From contig JBFWVR010000009.1 in NCBI GenBank assembly GCA_050246635.1, positions 11,807 through 75,806 on the forward strand: a stretch of DNA of 64,000 nt, in the 5' to 3' direction. Positions 45,483 to 54,454 of this stretch are shown piece by piece. Origin of the DNA: Vicinamibacterales bacterium (GTDB lineage Bacteria > Acidobacteriota > Vicinamibacteria > Vicinamibacterales > UBA2999). The notes beneath the pieces are model-generated. The model saw only the letters and a program-made list of their open reading frames with translations. It did no database searches and had not been told where the DNA came from. Every line of letters begins with the position of its first letter. Positions within the stretch are counted from its first letter, which is position 1. The position numbers and the translations under genes were made by a program.

Positions 45483-46913
45483 GTGACCACCAAGCGCCTG
45501 CCCTCGGTCGTGCTCGTGGGACGCCCCAACGTGGGGAAGTCCACGCTCTTCAACCGGCTCACCGGTACCCGTCGCGCGATCGTGACGGCCGTGCCCGGCA
45601 CGACCCGCGATGTCATCGCGCATCCGGTGGTCTGGCGGGACCACGGCCTCGAGCTGACGGACACCGGCGGCATGTTCGGGGCCAGCGAGGACCCCTTGCA
45701 CGCCCTGGTGTTCGCTCGCGGACGCCGCGCCGTGGCCGACGCCGACCTGATCGTCTTCGTGGTCGATGGCCGGGAGGGCCTCGTGCCCGGCGACGAGGAG
45801 ATTGCGGAGCACATCCGCGGCGCGGGCGTGCCGGTCCTGCTGGCCATCAACAAGATGGACGACCGGCGGGCGCGCGACGGTGCGCTGGAGCTGTATCGGC
45901 TCGGCTTCGATCCGGTTGTCGAGGTGAGCGCGGAGCACGGCATGGGAGTTGGGGATCTGCTGGACGAGATCGTGGCCCGGCTGCCGCGGACGGCCCGGGT
46001 GCGGGCCGCGTCCGACGCCGATGCCGACGACGAGGACGCCCGGGCGGGGCGCACCGACGCGTCGGGAGCGCCCGCACCGGCGCCGGTCGAGACGGCCGTG
46101 GCCATCGTCGGCCGTCCCAACGCCGGCAAGTCCTCACTGGTCAACCGCCTGCTGCGCGAGGAGCGCATGATCGTGTCGGAGGTGCCGGGGACGACCCGCG
46201 ATGCCGTCGACACCGTGCTCATGTGGCATCGGCGGCGGTTCCGGATCGTGGACACCGCCGGGATCCGCCGGCCCGGCAAGGTGGCGAAGTCCGGCCAGGT
46301 GGAGTCGGTGAGCGTGCTGCTGGCGAAGCGCTCGATCGAGCACGCCGACGTCGTCGTGCTCGTGCTCGACGCCACGGCCGGTCCCACCGACCAGGACGGG
46401 GCCATTGCCGGCGCGGCGCACGAGGCCGGGTGCGGCATCGTGATCGTCGCCAACAAGTGGGACCAGATGAAGGTCCACGGCCAGGACGGCGCGAAGAACT
46501 TCGACGAGCAGCTGCGCTACCACCTGAAGTTCCTCGAGTACGCTCCCATCCTGCACGTCTCGGCGTTGACGGGCGAACGCGCCCCGAAGGTGCTCGAGAC
46601 GATCGACAAGGTTGCCGAGGCGCGGCGTCGCCGTGTCTCGACCGGTGAGCTGAATCGTTTCATCGACCGCATCACGGCCGCCCATCCGCCCGTGAGCCCC
46701 GGCCGCCGCCACGTCCGCGTGCTGTATGCCGCCCAGACCGGGGTGGCGCCGCCGACCTTCGTGCTGTTCACGAACGTCGCGACCGAACTCCATTTCTCCT
46801 ATGAACGGTTCCTCGTGAACCAGCTTCGCGAGGAGTACGGCTTCGGCGGCACCCCCATCCGGATCTCGGTGCGGAAACGCGCGCGCGAGCGTTCCGGACC
46901 CCGAAAGCGGTAG
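45483..46913 (+). CDS. der: ribosome biogenesis GTPase Der (EngA)
   Basis: Two tandem G domains (GRPNVGKSTLFN...DTGG...NKMD and GRPNAGKSSLVN...DTAG...NKWD) plus a C-terminal KH-like domain. An acidic linker sits between the G domains. Confidence 0.9.
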   Translation: MTTKRLPSVVLVGRPNVGKSTLFNRLTGTRRAIVTAVPGTTRDVIAHPVVWRDHGLELTDTGGMFGASEDPLHALVFARGRRAVADADLIVFVVDGREGLVPGDEEIAEHIRGAGVPVLLAINKMDDRRARDGALELYRLGFDPVVEVSAEHGMGVGDLLDEIVARLPRTARVRAASDADADDEDARAGRTDASGAPAPAPVETAVAIVGRPNAGKSSLVNRLLREERMIVSEVPGTTRDAVDTVLMWHRRRFRIVDTAGIRRPGKVAKSGQVESVSVLLAKRSIEHADVVVLVLDATAGPTDQDGAIAGAAHEAGCGIVIVANKWDQMKVHGQDGAKNFDEQLRYHLKFLEYAPILHVSALTGERAPKVLETIDKVAEARRRRVSTGELNRFIDRITAAHPPVSPGRRHVRVLYAAQTGVAPPTFVLFTNVATELHFSYERFLVNQLREEYGFGGTPIRISVRKRARERSGPRKR

Positions 46914-46983
46914 AAATGGCCGTGCTATACTCGACACCGCCCTCCGACGGGCCGAGGGCGGACGCCTCGACGGGACCGAGCTG

Positions 46984-47475
46984 ATGGCAGTGCCGAAGCG
47001 CGAGCTCTTCAAGGCCGGGGACGTCTGCGAGATGGCCGGCATCCAGCCCTACGTGCTGCGCACGTGGGAAGCGGAGTTTCCGGCGCTCGGGCAGGCGGCT
47101 GCCGGCAACGGCGGACGGGTCTACCGGCGCGCGGACGTCGAGCTCGTGCTGCAGATCAAGCAGCTGGTTTTCGGCGAGGGGCTGACCTTGGCCGGCGCGC
47201 GTCGCCGGCTGGACGAAGGCGACGACGGCGAGCCGTTGCCGCCGGTCTCGCTGGCGCTCGGAGTGGCCCCCGACGAGGTCGGGGAGGACGCCCGGGTTCG
47301 GCTCCGAGAGATCCGGAGCGGACTGCAGGGCATCCTGGACCTGCTGAGCGGGGCGGCCGCACCGGAACTGCGGCTCGTGGCCCCGGAGGCCGGCGAACGT
47401 CGAACCCCCACCGGCGGGACGACGCGCAGCCGCAAGTCGGGCCGGTCGAAGGGCCAGGCCGGTACGGCGTCGTAG
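46984..47475 (+). CDS. MerR family transcriptional regulator
   Basis: The N-terminal winged HTH is FKAGDVCEMAGIQPYVLRTWEAEFPAL...RVYRRADVELVLQIKQLVFGEGLTLAGARRRL. Confidence 0.8.
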   Translation: MAVPKRELFKAGDVCEMAGIQPYVLRTWEAEFPALGQAAAGNGGRVYRRADVELVLQIKQLVFGEGLTLAGARRRLDEGDDGEPLPPVSLALGVAPDEVGEDARVRLREIRSGLQGILDLLSGAAAPELRLVAPEAGERRTPTGGTTRSRKSGRSKGQAGTAS

Positions 47476-47501
47476 CAGCGGACGGACGGCGTCACGGAAA
47501 T

Positions 47502-47578
47502 CGGGATGTAGCGCAGCCTGGTAGCGCGCCTGCTTGGGGTGCAGGAGGTCGTGGGTTCGAGTCCCGCCATCCCGACCA
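47502..47578 (+). tRNA. tRNA-Pro (anticodon GGG)
   Basis: The cloverleaf folds by hand. Acceptor cgggatg/catcccg; D stem gcgc/gcgc; anticodon stem cctgc/gcagg with loop ttGGGgt; 5-nt variable loop; T arm gtggg-ttcgagt-cccgc; discriminator A and encoded CCA. Confidence 0.9.
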
Positions 47579-47648
47579 CTTATTTCGGATATCCCTGCCA
47601 TTCGGCGAGGCCCGGGCACGATGCCCGGGCCGTCGTGCATTCGCGACC

Positions 47649-48041
47649 ATGAACAAGAACGGCGTCATTGCGGTCGTCATCGTCATCGGGGCGGTCGTGC
47701 TCATCGGCCTGTGGGTCATGCGGAGCGGGCAGGCGCGGCAGGCCGCCCGCCAGTTCGACTGCGCGGAGGCACCCGGCGCGCCCGCCGCGGTCGAGGCCTC
47801 GGTGCAGAGCGGCAAGGTCGCGCTGTCGTGGACGGCGCCCGAAGGTGAGGCCCCGACGTCATACGTCATCGAAGCGGGCTCGGCCCCCGGGGAGTCCAAC
47901 CAGGGAACCTTCGTGACGGCGGGGTCCGCGACCTCCTTCGAGCGCGAGGCCCCGGCCGGCACCTACTACGTTCGGGTGTTCGCGCGGAATGCCTGCGGCA
48001 CGAGCCCGGCAGCCAGCGAAGTCGCGGTCACCGTCCCGTAG
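47649..48041 (+). CDS. membrane-anchored fibronectin-type-III-like domain protein (hypothetical)
   Basis: 130 aa with an N-terminal TM anchor, then an FN3-like pattern: VALSWTAPEGEAPTSYVIEAGS...GTYYVRVFARNACGTSPAS. ATG 47649; the track ORF (from 47064) runs through the tRNA gene. Confidence 0.6.
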   Translation: MNKNGVIAVVIVIGAVVLIGLWVMRSGQARQAARQFDCAEAPGAPAAVEASVQSGKVALSWTAPEGEAPTSYVIEAGSAPGESNQGTFVTAGSATSFEREAPAGTYYVRVFARNACGTSPAASEVAVTVP

Positions 48042-49101
48042 GGGGACGGTCGCCCGCCGGGTCGCCGGGATCCTCCTGGTAGGCCTGGCCCTGGCAGCGG
48101 CGATCGTGCCGCTGCCGTCGGCTTTCGTGGAGCGGGTGTACGCGGCCCGCGCCTATCCCTTCCTGCAGGCGCAGCTGACGGCGCTCTCCAATCGCGTCCC
48201 TGTCGCGCTCTTCGACGTCATCGTCATCGGCCTCGCGGGCTTGCTGGCCTCCGTCTGGCTCGTCCGCGGGCGGCAGGCCCGGCGGCAGCGCACCTGGGCA
48301 CCGGTGGGCCAGGCGCTCTGGGCCACTGCGATGCTGCTGGCCGTCGTCTACCTCTGGTTCCTGGCCGCCTGGGGACTGAACTACTCGCGACCGCCGATCG
48401 AGGTGCGCCTGGGCGTGGGTCCGGCGGCGGTGAGCGCCGCGGCGGTGCGGGAACTGGCCGTACGGTCGGTCCGGGAAGTGAACGCCCGCTATGCGGGCGC
48501 GCACGCGCATGGCTTCCAGGCGATGGGCACGCGGCCGTCGCCGCTCGTCGCGGCCTTTCACGAAATCGGCGCGCGGCTCGGACGTCCCCGGCCGACCGTG
48601 CCGGCGGTGCCGAAGACCACCATCTTCACCCCGTTCTTCCGGGCGTCCGGCACCGACGGCATGCTCGCGCCCTTCGCCCTCGAGACACTGGTCAACCCCG
48701 ACCTGACCGGCCCGGAGCGCGCCTTCCTGGTGGCCCACGAATGGGCCCACCTGGCCGGTTTCGCGCCGGAGGCCGACGCCAGCTTCGTCGGCGTGCTGGC
48801 GACGCTGCGCGCCGACGCGGCCTCGCAGTACAGCGGATGGCTGTTCCTCGTGGGCGAGACGTCCCGGCAGGTGCCGCCCGACGATGCGGCGACCATCTAC
48901 GGGGAACTGGCCGAGGGCCCACGCCAGGACCTTGCGGCCATCCGCGCCCGCCTCATGCGCCGCGTGGCCGTCGTGGAGCGCGCGAGCTGGCAGGCCTACG
49001 ACCAGTACCTCAAGTCCCAGGGCGTGGCCGAAGGCGTGCAGAGCTACAGCCGGGTGATCCAGCTCCTGCTCGGCACGGGCGCGGCCGCGGGCCTCTTCTA
49101 G
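47989..49101 (+). CDS. DUF3810-like membrane metalloprotease-related protein
   Basis: N-terminal TM helices and an HExxH-like HEWAH motif (VAHEWAHLAGF). The only start in frame is ATG 47989, giving a 53-nt overlap with the upstream gene, so the start is uncertain. Confidence 0.6.
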   Translation: MPAARARQPAKSRSPSRRGTVARRVAGILLVGLALAAAIVPLPSAFVERVYAARAYPFLQAQLTALSNRVPVALFDVIVIGLAGLLASVWLVRGRQARRQRTWAPVGQALWATAMLLAVVYLWFLAAWGLNYSRPPIEVRLGVGPAAVSAAAVRELAVRSVREVNARYAGAHAHGFQAMGTRPSPLVAAFHEIGARLGRPRPTVPAVPKTTIFTPFFRASGTDGMLAPFALETLVNPDLTGPERAFLVAHEWAHLAGFAPEADASFVGVLATLRADAASQYSGWLFLVGETSRQVPPDDAATIYGELAEGPRQDLAAIRARLMRRVAVVERASWQAYDQYLKSQGVAEGVQSYSRVIQLLLGTGAAAGLF

Positions 49102-49310
49102 GCCGCGCGCTGTGCGCGCGTTGGGCCGCCTCTCGTTCCACTCGAGGCGTGAGGCCTCGCGGCCTATCGGCGCTCGCGGGTCGCGCGCGTCGCGCGCGTG
49201 AAGGCGGCGGTTACACCGACCGGTGGCGAAGCTCTACGCCTCGAGCAGAGCGAGAGGCGGCCCACGCCGGAGCGAAGCGAAGGCGCCCAACGCGCGCGGA
49301 GCGCGCGGCC
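49101..49310. repeat. GC-rich imperfect palindrome, copy 2 of the 3-member family
   Basis: Outer arms ggccgcgcgctgtgcgcgcgttggg (49101-49125) / cccaacgcgcgcggagcgcgcggcc (49286-49310), 23 of 25 matching. Perfect inner pairs: ccgcctctcg (49126-49135) / cgagaggcgg (49251-49260), and ctcgaggcgt (49141-49150) / acgcctcgag (49236-49245). Confidence 0.8.
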
Positions 49311-49345
49311 CCTTGTCGTCGTCCCCCCCGGCCTACAATGGGTCC

Positions 49346-50422
49346 GTGCAGACGACCGTGCTGGAGGTGGATCCGGACGCACCAGCTGCGGCCGCCATCG
49401 AGGCGGCGGCGGCGGTGCTGCGGCGGGGTGGGCTCGTGGCGCTGCCGACCGAGACGGTGTACGGCCTCGGGGCGAACGCGCTCGACCGCGATGCCGTGGG
49501 GCGGATATTCGCCGCGAAGGAGCGGCCGGCGACGGATCCGCTCATCGTGCACGTGGCCGACGTCTCGCAGGTCTCCACGGTCGCGCGCGAGATGTCTGCG
49601 GTCGCGCGGGCGTTGGCCGAGCGCTTCTGGCCAGGCCCATTGACACTCATCCTGCCGAAACAGGCCGCTGTCCCCGGCGAGGTGACTGCCGGGCTCGACA
49701 CGGTGGCCGTGCGCGTGCCGGCGCACCCGGTGATGCGCGCGGTGCTGGCCGCCTGCGGCTGTCCCATTGCCGCGCCGAGCGCCAACCGCTTCTCGCGACC
49801 GAGCCCGACCCGGGCCGCGCACGTGCGGACCGATCTCGACGGGCGGGTCGACCTGATTCTCGACGCCGGGCCGACGCCGGTCGGCGTGGAATCGACGATC
49901 GTCGACCTGACGGCGTCGCCGGCCCTCGTGCGCCGCCCCGGTGGCGTCCCGGTCGAGGCCCTGCGTGAGGTCCTGGCCGACATCGCGGTGGCCACGCCGG
50001 CGGAAGCCGACGTCTCGGTGGGGCAGGTGGCGCCGGGACAGCTGCTCAAGCACTACGCGCCGGCCGCGCCGCTGACGTTGTACCAGGGGGCGCGTGACGC
50101 GGTCATCCGGCGGGTGGCCGCCGACGCGCGCACGCACGCGGCGGCCGGCGAACGCGTGGCCATCCTCGCGCCCGAGGAAGACCTGATCGAGCTGGCGCCG
50201 CTGATCGCCGCGCAGGCCGCGGGCGGGCATGTGATCACGCAGCCCGTCGGCGCCCGGCGCGACCAGGCGCGCGCGGCCCGTGAGCTGTTCGACGCCGTGC
50301 GGACCGTCGACCTGCCACGCGTCGACCGGATCCTGGCGACGGCGCCCGACGACACCGGCCTCGGGCGGGCCATTCTCGACCGGTTGCGGCGGGCGGCCGA
50401 AGGCCGCGTGATCAGCGTTTGA
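49346..50422 (+). CDS. tsaC: L-threonylcarbamoyladenylate synthase (YrdC domain + Sua5 domain)
   Basis: LPTETVYGLGANA, KERPATDPLIVHV, PGPLTLIL and APSANRFSRPSPT blocks, followed by a C-terminal Sua5 domain. I prefer the GTG 49346 start; the track ORF begins inside the palindromic repeat. Confidence 0.85.
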   Translation: MQTTVLEVDPDAPAAAAIEAAAAVLRRGGLVALPTETVYGLGANALDRDAVGRIFAAKERPATDPLIVHVADVSQVSTVAREMSAVARALAERFWPGPLTLILPKQAAVPGEVTAGLDTVAVRVPAHPVMRAVLAACGCPIAAPSANRFSRPSPTRAAHVRTDLDGRVDLILDAGPTPVGVESTIVDLTASPALVRRPGGVPVEALREVLADIAVATPAEADVSVGQVAPGQLLKHYAPAAPLTLYQGARDAVIRRVAADARTHAAAGERVAILAPEEDLIELAPLIAAQAAGGHVITQPVGARRDQARAARELFDAVRTVDLPRVDRILATAPDDTGLGRAILDRLRRAAEGRVISV

Positions 50423-50957
50423 GCTCGCCGCGCCGGAGCTGCCGGTACATCTCCAGGGATTCGCGGATGATGCGCACGGCGTCGCCGGTGCCCAGGAAGT
50501 TCTCCACGACGACCTGCTTGTTCTCGAGCAGCTTGTAATCCTCGAAGAAGCGCTTGATCTCACGCAGCATGTAGGCCGGCAGCTGCTCGTGGTTGGCGTA
50601 GTCGGTCACCGCCGGGTCCTTGGTGCTCACGGCGATGATCTTGTCGTCGATGCCCTTCTCGTCGCGCATGCGCATCACGCCAATCGCCCGGGCCTCGACG
50701 ATGGTCAGCGGGTCCACCGGCTCCTGCCCGAGGACGAGGGCGTCGAGCGGATCCCAGTCGTCGCAGTAGGTGCGCGGGATGAAGCCGTAGTTCGCCGGGT
50801 AGTGCACGGCGCTGTGAAGCACCCGGTCGAGCCGCAGGAAGCCCGTTTCCTTGTCCAGCTCGTACTTGTTCTTGCTCCCCATGGGCACCTCGATGACCAC
50901 GGGGAAGTTCGACTCGATCAGATGATCGTCGACGTAGACGTCGTGCCACGCATGCAT
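50412..50957 (-). CDS. ppa: inorganic diphosphatase (family I)
   Basis: VIEVPMGSKNKYELD, YPANYGFIPRT, DGDPLD-like DWDPLDALVL and MRDEKGIDDKIIAV blocks; 181 aa from ATG 50957. It is convergent with tsaC and overlaps it by 11 nt. Confidence 0.9.
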   Translation of the reverse strand: MHAWHDVYVDDHLIESNFPVVIEVPMGSKNKYELDKETGFLRLDRVLHSAVHYPANYGFIPRTYCDDWDPLDALVLGQEPVDPLTIVEARAIGVMRMRDEKGIDDKIIAVSTKDPAVTDYANHEQLPAYMLREIKRFFEDYKLLENKQVVVENFLGTGDAVRIIRESLEMYRQLRRGELKR

Positions 50958-50977
50958 CTCCCGATGATACCAAGCGG

Positions 50978-51071
50978 GAAGAGAGAAACCGGAATCAAGA
51001 ATCAAGAACCACGAAGGGCGACCCCGCGGGCGCGGCTCGGTTCTTGATTCCGGATTCTTGATTCTCTCTTC
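50978..51071. repeat. low-GC imperfect palindrome built on GAATCAAGA words (family shared with 13461-13580)
   Basis: Left arm gaagagagaaaccggaatcaagaatcaagaacc (50978-51010). Right arm ggttcttgattccggattcttgattctctcttc (51039-51071). A GC-rich 28-nt centre separates them. It lies between the histidine kinase stop and the ppa start on the reverse strand. Confidence 0.8.
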
Positions 51072-51077
51072 GCCCGG

Positions 51078-52397
51078 TCAGACCGGCAGGGTGAGCGTGG
51101 CCCGGCAGCCACGCGCGTCGTCACGGTTCTCGAGCCTGAGGGAGCCGTCGTGGGCCTCGGCAATCTGCCGGCACAGCACGAGGCCGATGCCCGAGCCCCC
51201 GGGTTTGGTCGTGAAGAACGGCACGAAGAGGTTGGCGGTGTTCGACAGGCCGGGCCCGTCGTCGTCCACCCAGATGTCGACGCCGTGCTTCGTGCGCCGC
51301 CAGCCGATGGCGACCCCCTCGCCGTCGGCCTCGAGCGAGGCATCGGCGGCGTTGCGGACGAGATTGATGAAGAGCTGCTCGAGCTGGTCGGGATCGGCAG
51401 ACACGGTGAGGTCGGGCCCGGGGCGCACCTGCACCGGCACCCGGGTTTCGAGGCCCGCCACGCGCGTGAGGAGCGGCTTGAGCACGAGGGGACGGAGCTG
51501 GGGGAGGGGCAGCCGCGCGAGCCGCGCATAGGCGGCTGTGAAGCGGCTCAGGGAGTCGGTGCGTGATCCAATCACCTGCAGGCCCCGGGCCATGTCGTCG
51601 CGCCAGTCCTCGGGCGGCGGTTGCCGCTGCAGCAGCGACTCGAGGCTGCCCGCGATCGACTTGATGGGGCCGAGCGAGTTGCCCAGCTCGTGGCCGATGA
51701 CGCGGATCAGGCGCTGCCACGCCTGGCGCTCCTGCTCGCGCAGGGGACGGCTGACGTCGGAGAGCACGAGCAGGTCGTGCGGCAACCCACCGAGCCGGAA
51801 GGTGGTCCGTCGCACCTCCCAGCGGCCGGCGCCGCCGCCCGGCAGCGCGAGGTCGACGACCCGCGGCGCGTCGCCGAACCAGTCCAGGATGCCGAGGGCC
51901 TCGGCGGTCCGGCCCAGCATCTGCTCGAGCGGGCGGCCCATCAGCCGCTCCCCGGTGCGGTTGGCGATGCGAAGCTGTGTGCCGGGATCGAACGCGAAGA
52001 CCGCGACGTCGATCTGCTCCATCACCTTCTGGAGCAGCGCCGTCGCCTCGACCGCGCCGAGCCGTTGCTCGTGCAGGGTGGTGGCCAGCTCGTTGACCTC
52101 CACGAGGACGGCGCCCAGCGGGTCCTCGGGATCGGCGGTGCGGCCGCGGATCGAGAAGTCGTCCTCCCGCATGGCGGCCAGCAGGTTGGAGAGGGTCTGG
52201 AGCGGCAGCACCACGCGGTGCCGGAGCGTCGCGGAGAACCCCGCCATGCAGCCGACGATGAGCACCGTCAGCGTCCATTGGACCTTGGCGGTGTAATCGC
52301 CGGACCACAGGATCACGAGGGACGTGACGGCACCGGGCAGGCCGGCCAGCAGGGCCAGCGCGAGCACCTGCCGATCGTGCGTCAGGCGGCGGAGCAC
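51078..52397 (-). CDS. sensor histidine kinase (two TM helices with ~9-aa external loop, HAMP, PAS-like, HisKA, HATPase_c)
   Basis: H-box IGHELGNSLGPI, N-box LVRNAADA, G1 DDGPG and G2 GSGIGL. The N-terminus reads VLALALLAGLPGAVTSLVILW-SGDYTAKVQ-WTLTVLIVGCMAGFSATL, so it has almost no periplasmic domain. Confidence 0.85.
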   Translation of the reverse strand: MLRRLTHDRQVLALALLAGLPGAVTSLVILWSGDYTAKVQWTLTVLIVGCMAGFSATLRHRVVLPLQTLSNLLAAMREDDFSIRGRTADPEDPLGAVLVEVNELATTLHEQRLGAVEATALLQKVMEQIDVAVFAFDPGTQLRIANRTGERLMGRPLEQMLGRTAEALGILDWFGDAPRVVDLALPGGGAGRWEVRRTTFRLGGLPHDLLVLSDVSRPLREQERQAWQRLIRVIGHELGNSLGPIKSIAGSLESLLQRQPPPEDWRDDMARGLQVIGSRTDSLSRFTAAYARLARLPLPQLRPLVLKPLLTRVAGLETRVPVQVRPGPDLTVSADPDQLEQLFINLVRNAADASLEADGEGVAIGWRRTKHGVDIWVDDDGPGLSNTANLFVPFFTTKPGGSGIGLVLCRQIAEAHDGSLRLENRDDARGCRATLTLPV

Positions 52398-52427
52398 GGG
52401 AGTGATTCTACGCGGGGGCCGGCTCGT

Positions 52428-53789
52428 TCACAGCTTGTACCGCTCCAGGCGCCGGTAGAGGGCGCTGCGCGACAATCCGAGCGCCCGGGCCGCCTGGCTC
52501 ACGTTGCCGTAGCGGGCCATGGCCTTCTTGATCAGGAACGCCTCGACGTCCTCGAGGCTCATGTCCTCGAGCCGCGCGGCGCTGGTGCCGTCCACCCGGA
52601 GGCCGAGGTCGGAGGCGCGGATCGCGGAGCCGCCGGCCATCAGCACCGCCCGCTCCACGGCGTGGTCGAGCTCGCGCACGTTACCGGGCCAGCGGTGGTC
52701 GAGCAGCATCTGCATGGCGGCCGGGTCGAACCCGCCGATGGCCTTCCGGTACCGCTGGGCGTGCTGCCGCAGGAAGTGCCGCGCGAGCAGCGGGATGTCC
52801 TCGCGGCGATCCCGCAGCGGCGGCAGGTGGATCTCGATCGTGTTCAGCCGGAAGAGCAGGTCCTGGCGGAAGCGGCCGGCATCGACCTCCGCGTTGAGAT
52901 CCGCGTTGGTCGCCGAGACGAGGCGCACGTTGACCTTGCGGGTCTTCGAGGATCCGAGGCGCTCGAACTCGCCGGTCTCGATCACCCGCAGCAGCTTCTG
53001 CTGCTGGCCGAGGGGCACGTTGGCAATCTCGTCGAGGAACAGCGTGCTGCCGTCCGCGAGCTCGAAGCGGCCGACCCGATCCGCCTTCGCGTCGGTGAAG
53101 GCGCCCTTGACGTGGCCGAAGAGCTCCGACTCGAAGACGCCCTCGGCCATCCCGCCCGCGTTCACGGTGACGATGGGACGCGGGGCGCGCGGGGAGACGG
53201 CGTGCAGGGCCTGGGCGACCAGGCTCTTGCCGGTGCCGTTCTCGCCGGTCACGAGCACGTTCGCGTCGGACGGGCCGACACGCGCGATGATCTCCAGCAC
53301 CGGCCGCATGGCCGCCGACTCGGCGAGCAGCGGCGAGTGGCCGTCGGCCATCAGCGCCTGGCTGGCGGCCTCGAGCTGGCGGCCCCGCCGCAGCGCCCGG
53401 CCGAGCTCGGTCTGCGTGCGCAGGATCGAGAGGAGTCGATCGTTCTCCCACGGCTTCTGGATGAAGTCCCGGGCGCCGCGCCGCATGGCCTCGACCGCCA
53501 CGTTGACCGATCCCCACGCCGTCATCACCACGAGGGGCAGCGATTCGTCGGCGGTGTGCACGCGCTGCAGCAGCTCGAGCCCTTCCTCGCCCGAGGTCGT
53601 GTCGCGCGCGTAGTTCAGGTCCATCAGCACGACGTCGTAGTCGCGGGCCTCGAGCGCCCGGAGGATCTGGTGCGGCGACGCGGCCGTGTCGATCGCGTAT
53701 CCCTCCGGCTTGAGCAGCAGGCGCAGGGCCTCGAGCACGTCCGCCTGGTCGTCGGCGATCAGGACGCGGGGGGGCGCCTCAGTCCTCAT
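52428..53789 (-). CDS. sigma-54-dependent response regulator (NtrC family enhancer-binding protein)
   Basis: Receiver domain (VLIADDQ...DVVLMDLNY), AAA+ domain (GENGTGKS, GAFTDA sigma-54 contact loop, ESELFGH, VRLVSATN) and C-terminal Fis-type HTH (AARALGLSRSALYRRL). Confidence 0.9.
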   Translation of the reverse strand: MRTEAPPRVLIADDQADVLEALRLLLKPEGYAIDTAASPHQILRALEARDYDVVLMDLNYARDTTSGEEGLELLQRVHTADESLPLVVMTAWGSVNVAVEAMRRGARDFIQKPWENDRLLSILRTQTELGRALRRGRQLEAASQALMADGHSPLLAESAAMRPVLEIIARVGPSDANVLVTGENGTGKSLVAQALHAVSPRAPRPIVTVNAGGMAEGVFESELFGHVKGAFTDAKADRVGRFELADGSTLFLDEIANVPLGQQQKLLRVIETGEFERLGSSKTRKVNVRLVSATNADLNAEVDAGRFRQDLLFRLNTIEIHLPPLRDRREDIPLLARHFLRQHAQRYRKAIGGFDPAAMQMLLDHRWPGNVRELDHAVERAVLMAGGSAIRASDLGLRVDGTSAARLEDMSLEDVEAFLIKKAMARYGNVSQAARALGLSRSALYRRLERYKL

Positions 53790-54447
53790 CGACGACCCAG
53801 CCGTCCTTCAGCTTGATGATGCGGCGGCCGTACTCGGCGTTCGACTCGGAGTGGGTGACCTGCACGATGGTCGTGCCACCCTCGTTGAGCCGCCGGAAGA
53901 GCTCCATGATCTCGCGGCCCTGGTCGGAATGCAGGTTGCCCGTCGGCTCGTCCGCCAGGATCAGCGTGGGCTTCGCGACGACCGCCCGCGCGATGGCGAC
54001 GAGCTGTTGCTGCCCGCCGGAGAGCTGGTTCGGGTAGAGATCCTTCTTCCCGACGATGTTGAAGCGGTCGAGGATGTCGGCCACCATGCCCTGCCGCTCG
54101 GTCTTCTTGACGTCACGGTAGGACAGCGGCAGGTCGATGTTCTCGTAGACCGTCAGGTTGTCGAGCAGGTGGTAACTCTGGAAGACGAAGCCCACGTGCT
54201 GCTTCTGCAGCCGCATGCGCTCCTTCGCCGAGAGCTGGTGCACCGGATCCTCGTTCAGCCAGAACTCGCCCGTCCACGCGCTGTCGTGCATGCCCAGGAT
54301 GTGGAGCAGCGTGCTCTTGCCGGCGCCGGAGGGGCCCATGATGGACACGAACTCCCCGGGCTGGATGTCGGCCGTGATGCGCCGCAGCACGAACGTCTGG
54401 CTGAGGCCGTGCCGGTAGCTCTTCTCGATGTTCCGCAGTTTGATCAT
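53779..54447 (-). CDS. ABC transporter ATP-binding protein (MacB/LolD-type)
   Basis: Walker A GPSGAGKST, Q-loop, signature LSGGQQQ, Walker B ILADEPTGNL and H-loop THS. Its 3' end overlaps the response-regulator start by 11 nt. Confidence 0.9.
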   Translation of the reverse strand: MIKLRNIEKSYRHGLSQTFVLRRITADIQPGEFVSIMGPSGAGKSTLLHILGMHDSAWTGEFWLNEDPVHQLSAKERMRLQKQHVGFVFQSYHLLDNLTVYENIDLPLSYRDVKKTERQGMVADILDRFNIVGKKDLYPNQLSGGQQQLVAIARAVVAKPTLILADEPTGNLHSDQGREIMELFRRLNEGGTTIVQVTHSESNAEYGRRIIKLKDGWVVDED

Positions 54448-54454
54448 CGCTTGA

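Noticed and set aside
47579-49101. Genomic island or integrated element at the 3' end of tRNA-Pro
   Set aside because: No integrase, no direct repeat of the tRNA 3' end and no compositional shift. The downstream genes (an FN3-like protein and a DUF3810-like protein) have native-looking codon usage.
51621-53816. 731-aa forward-strand ORF, and the 619-aa reverse-strand ORF 54444-56303
   Set aside because: One is antisense and the other off-frame relative to the histidine kinase, NtrC regulator and ADOP permease genes, which carry clear catalytic motifs. Their composition is typical of GC-driven pseudo-ORFs.
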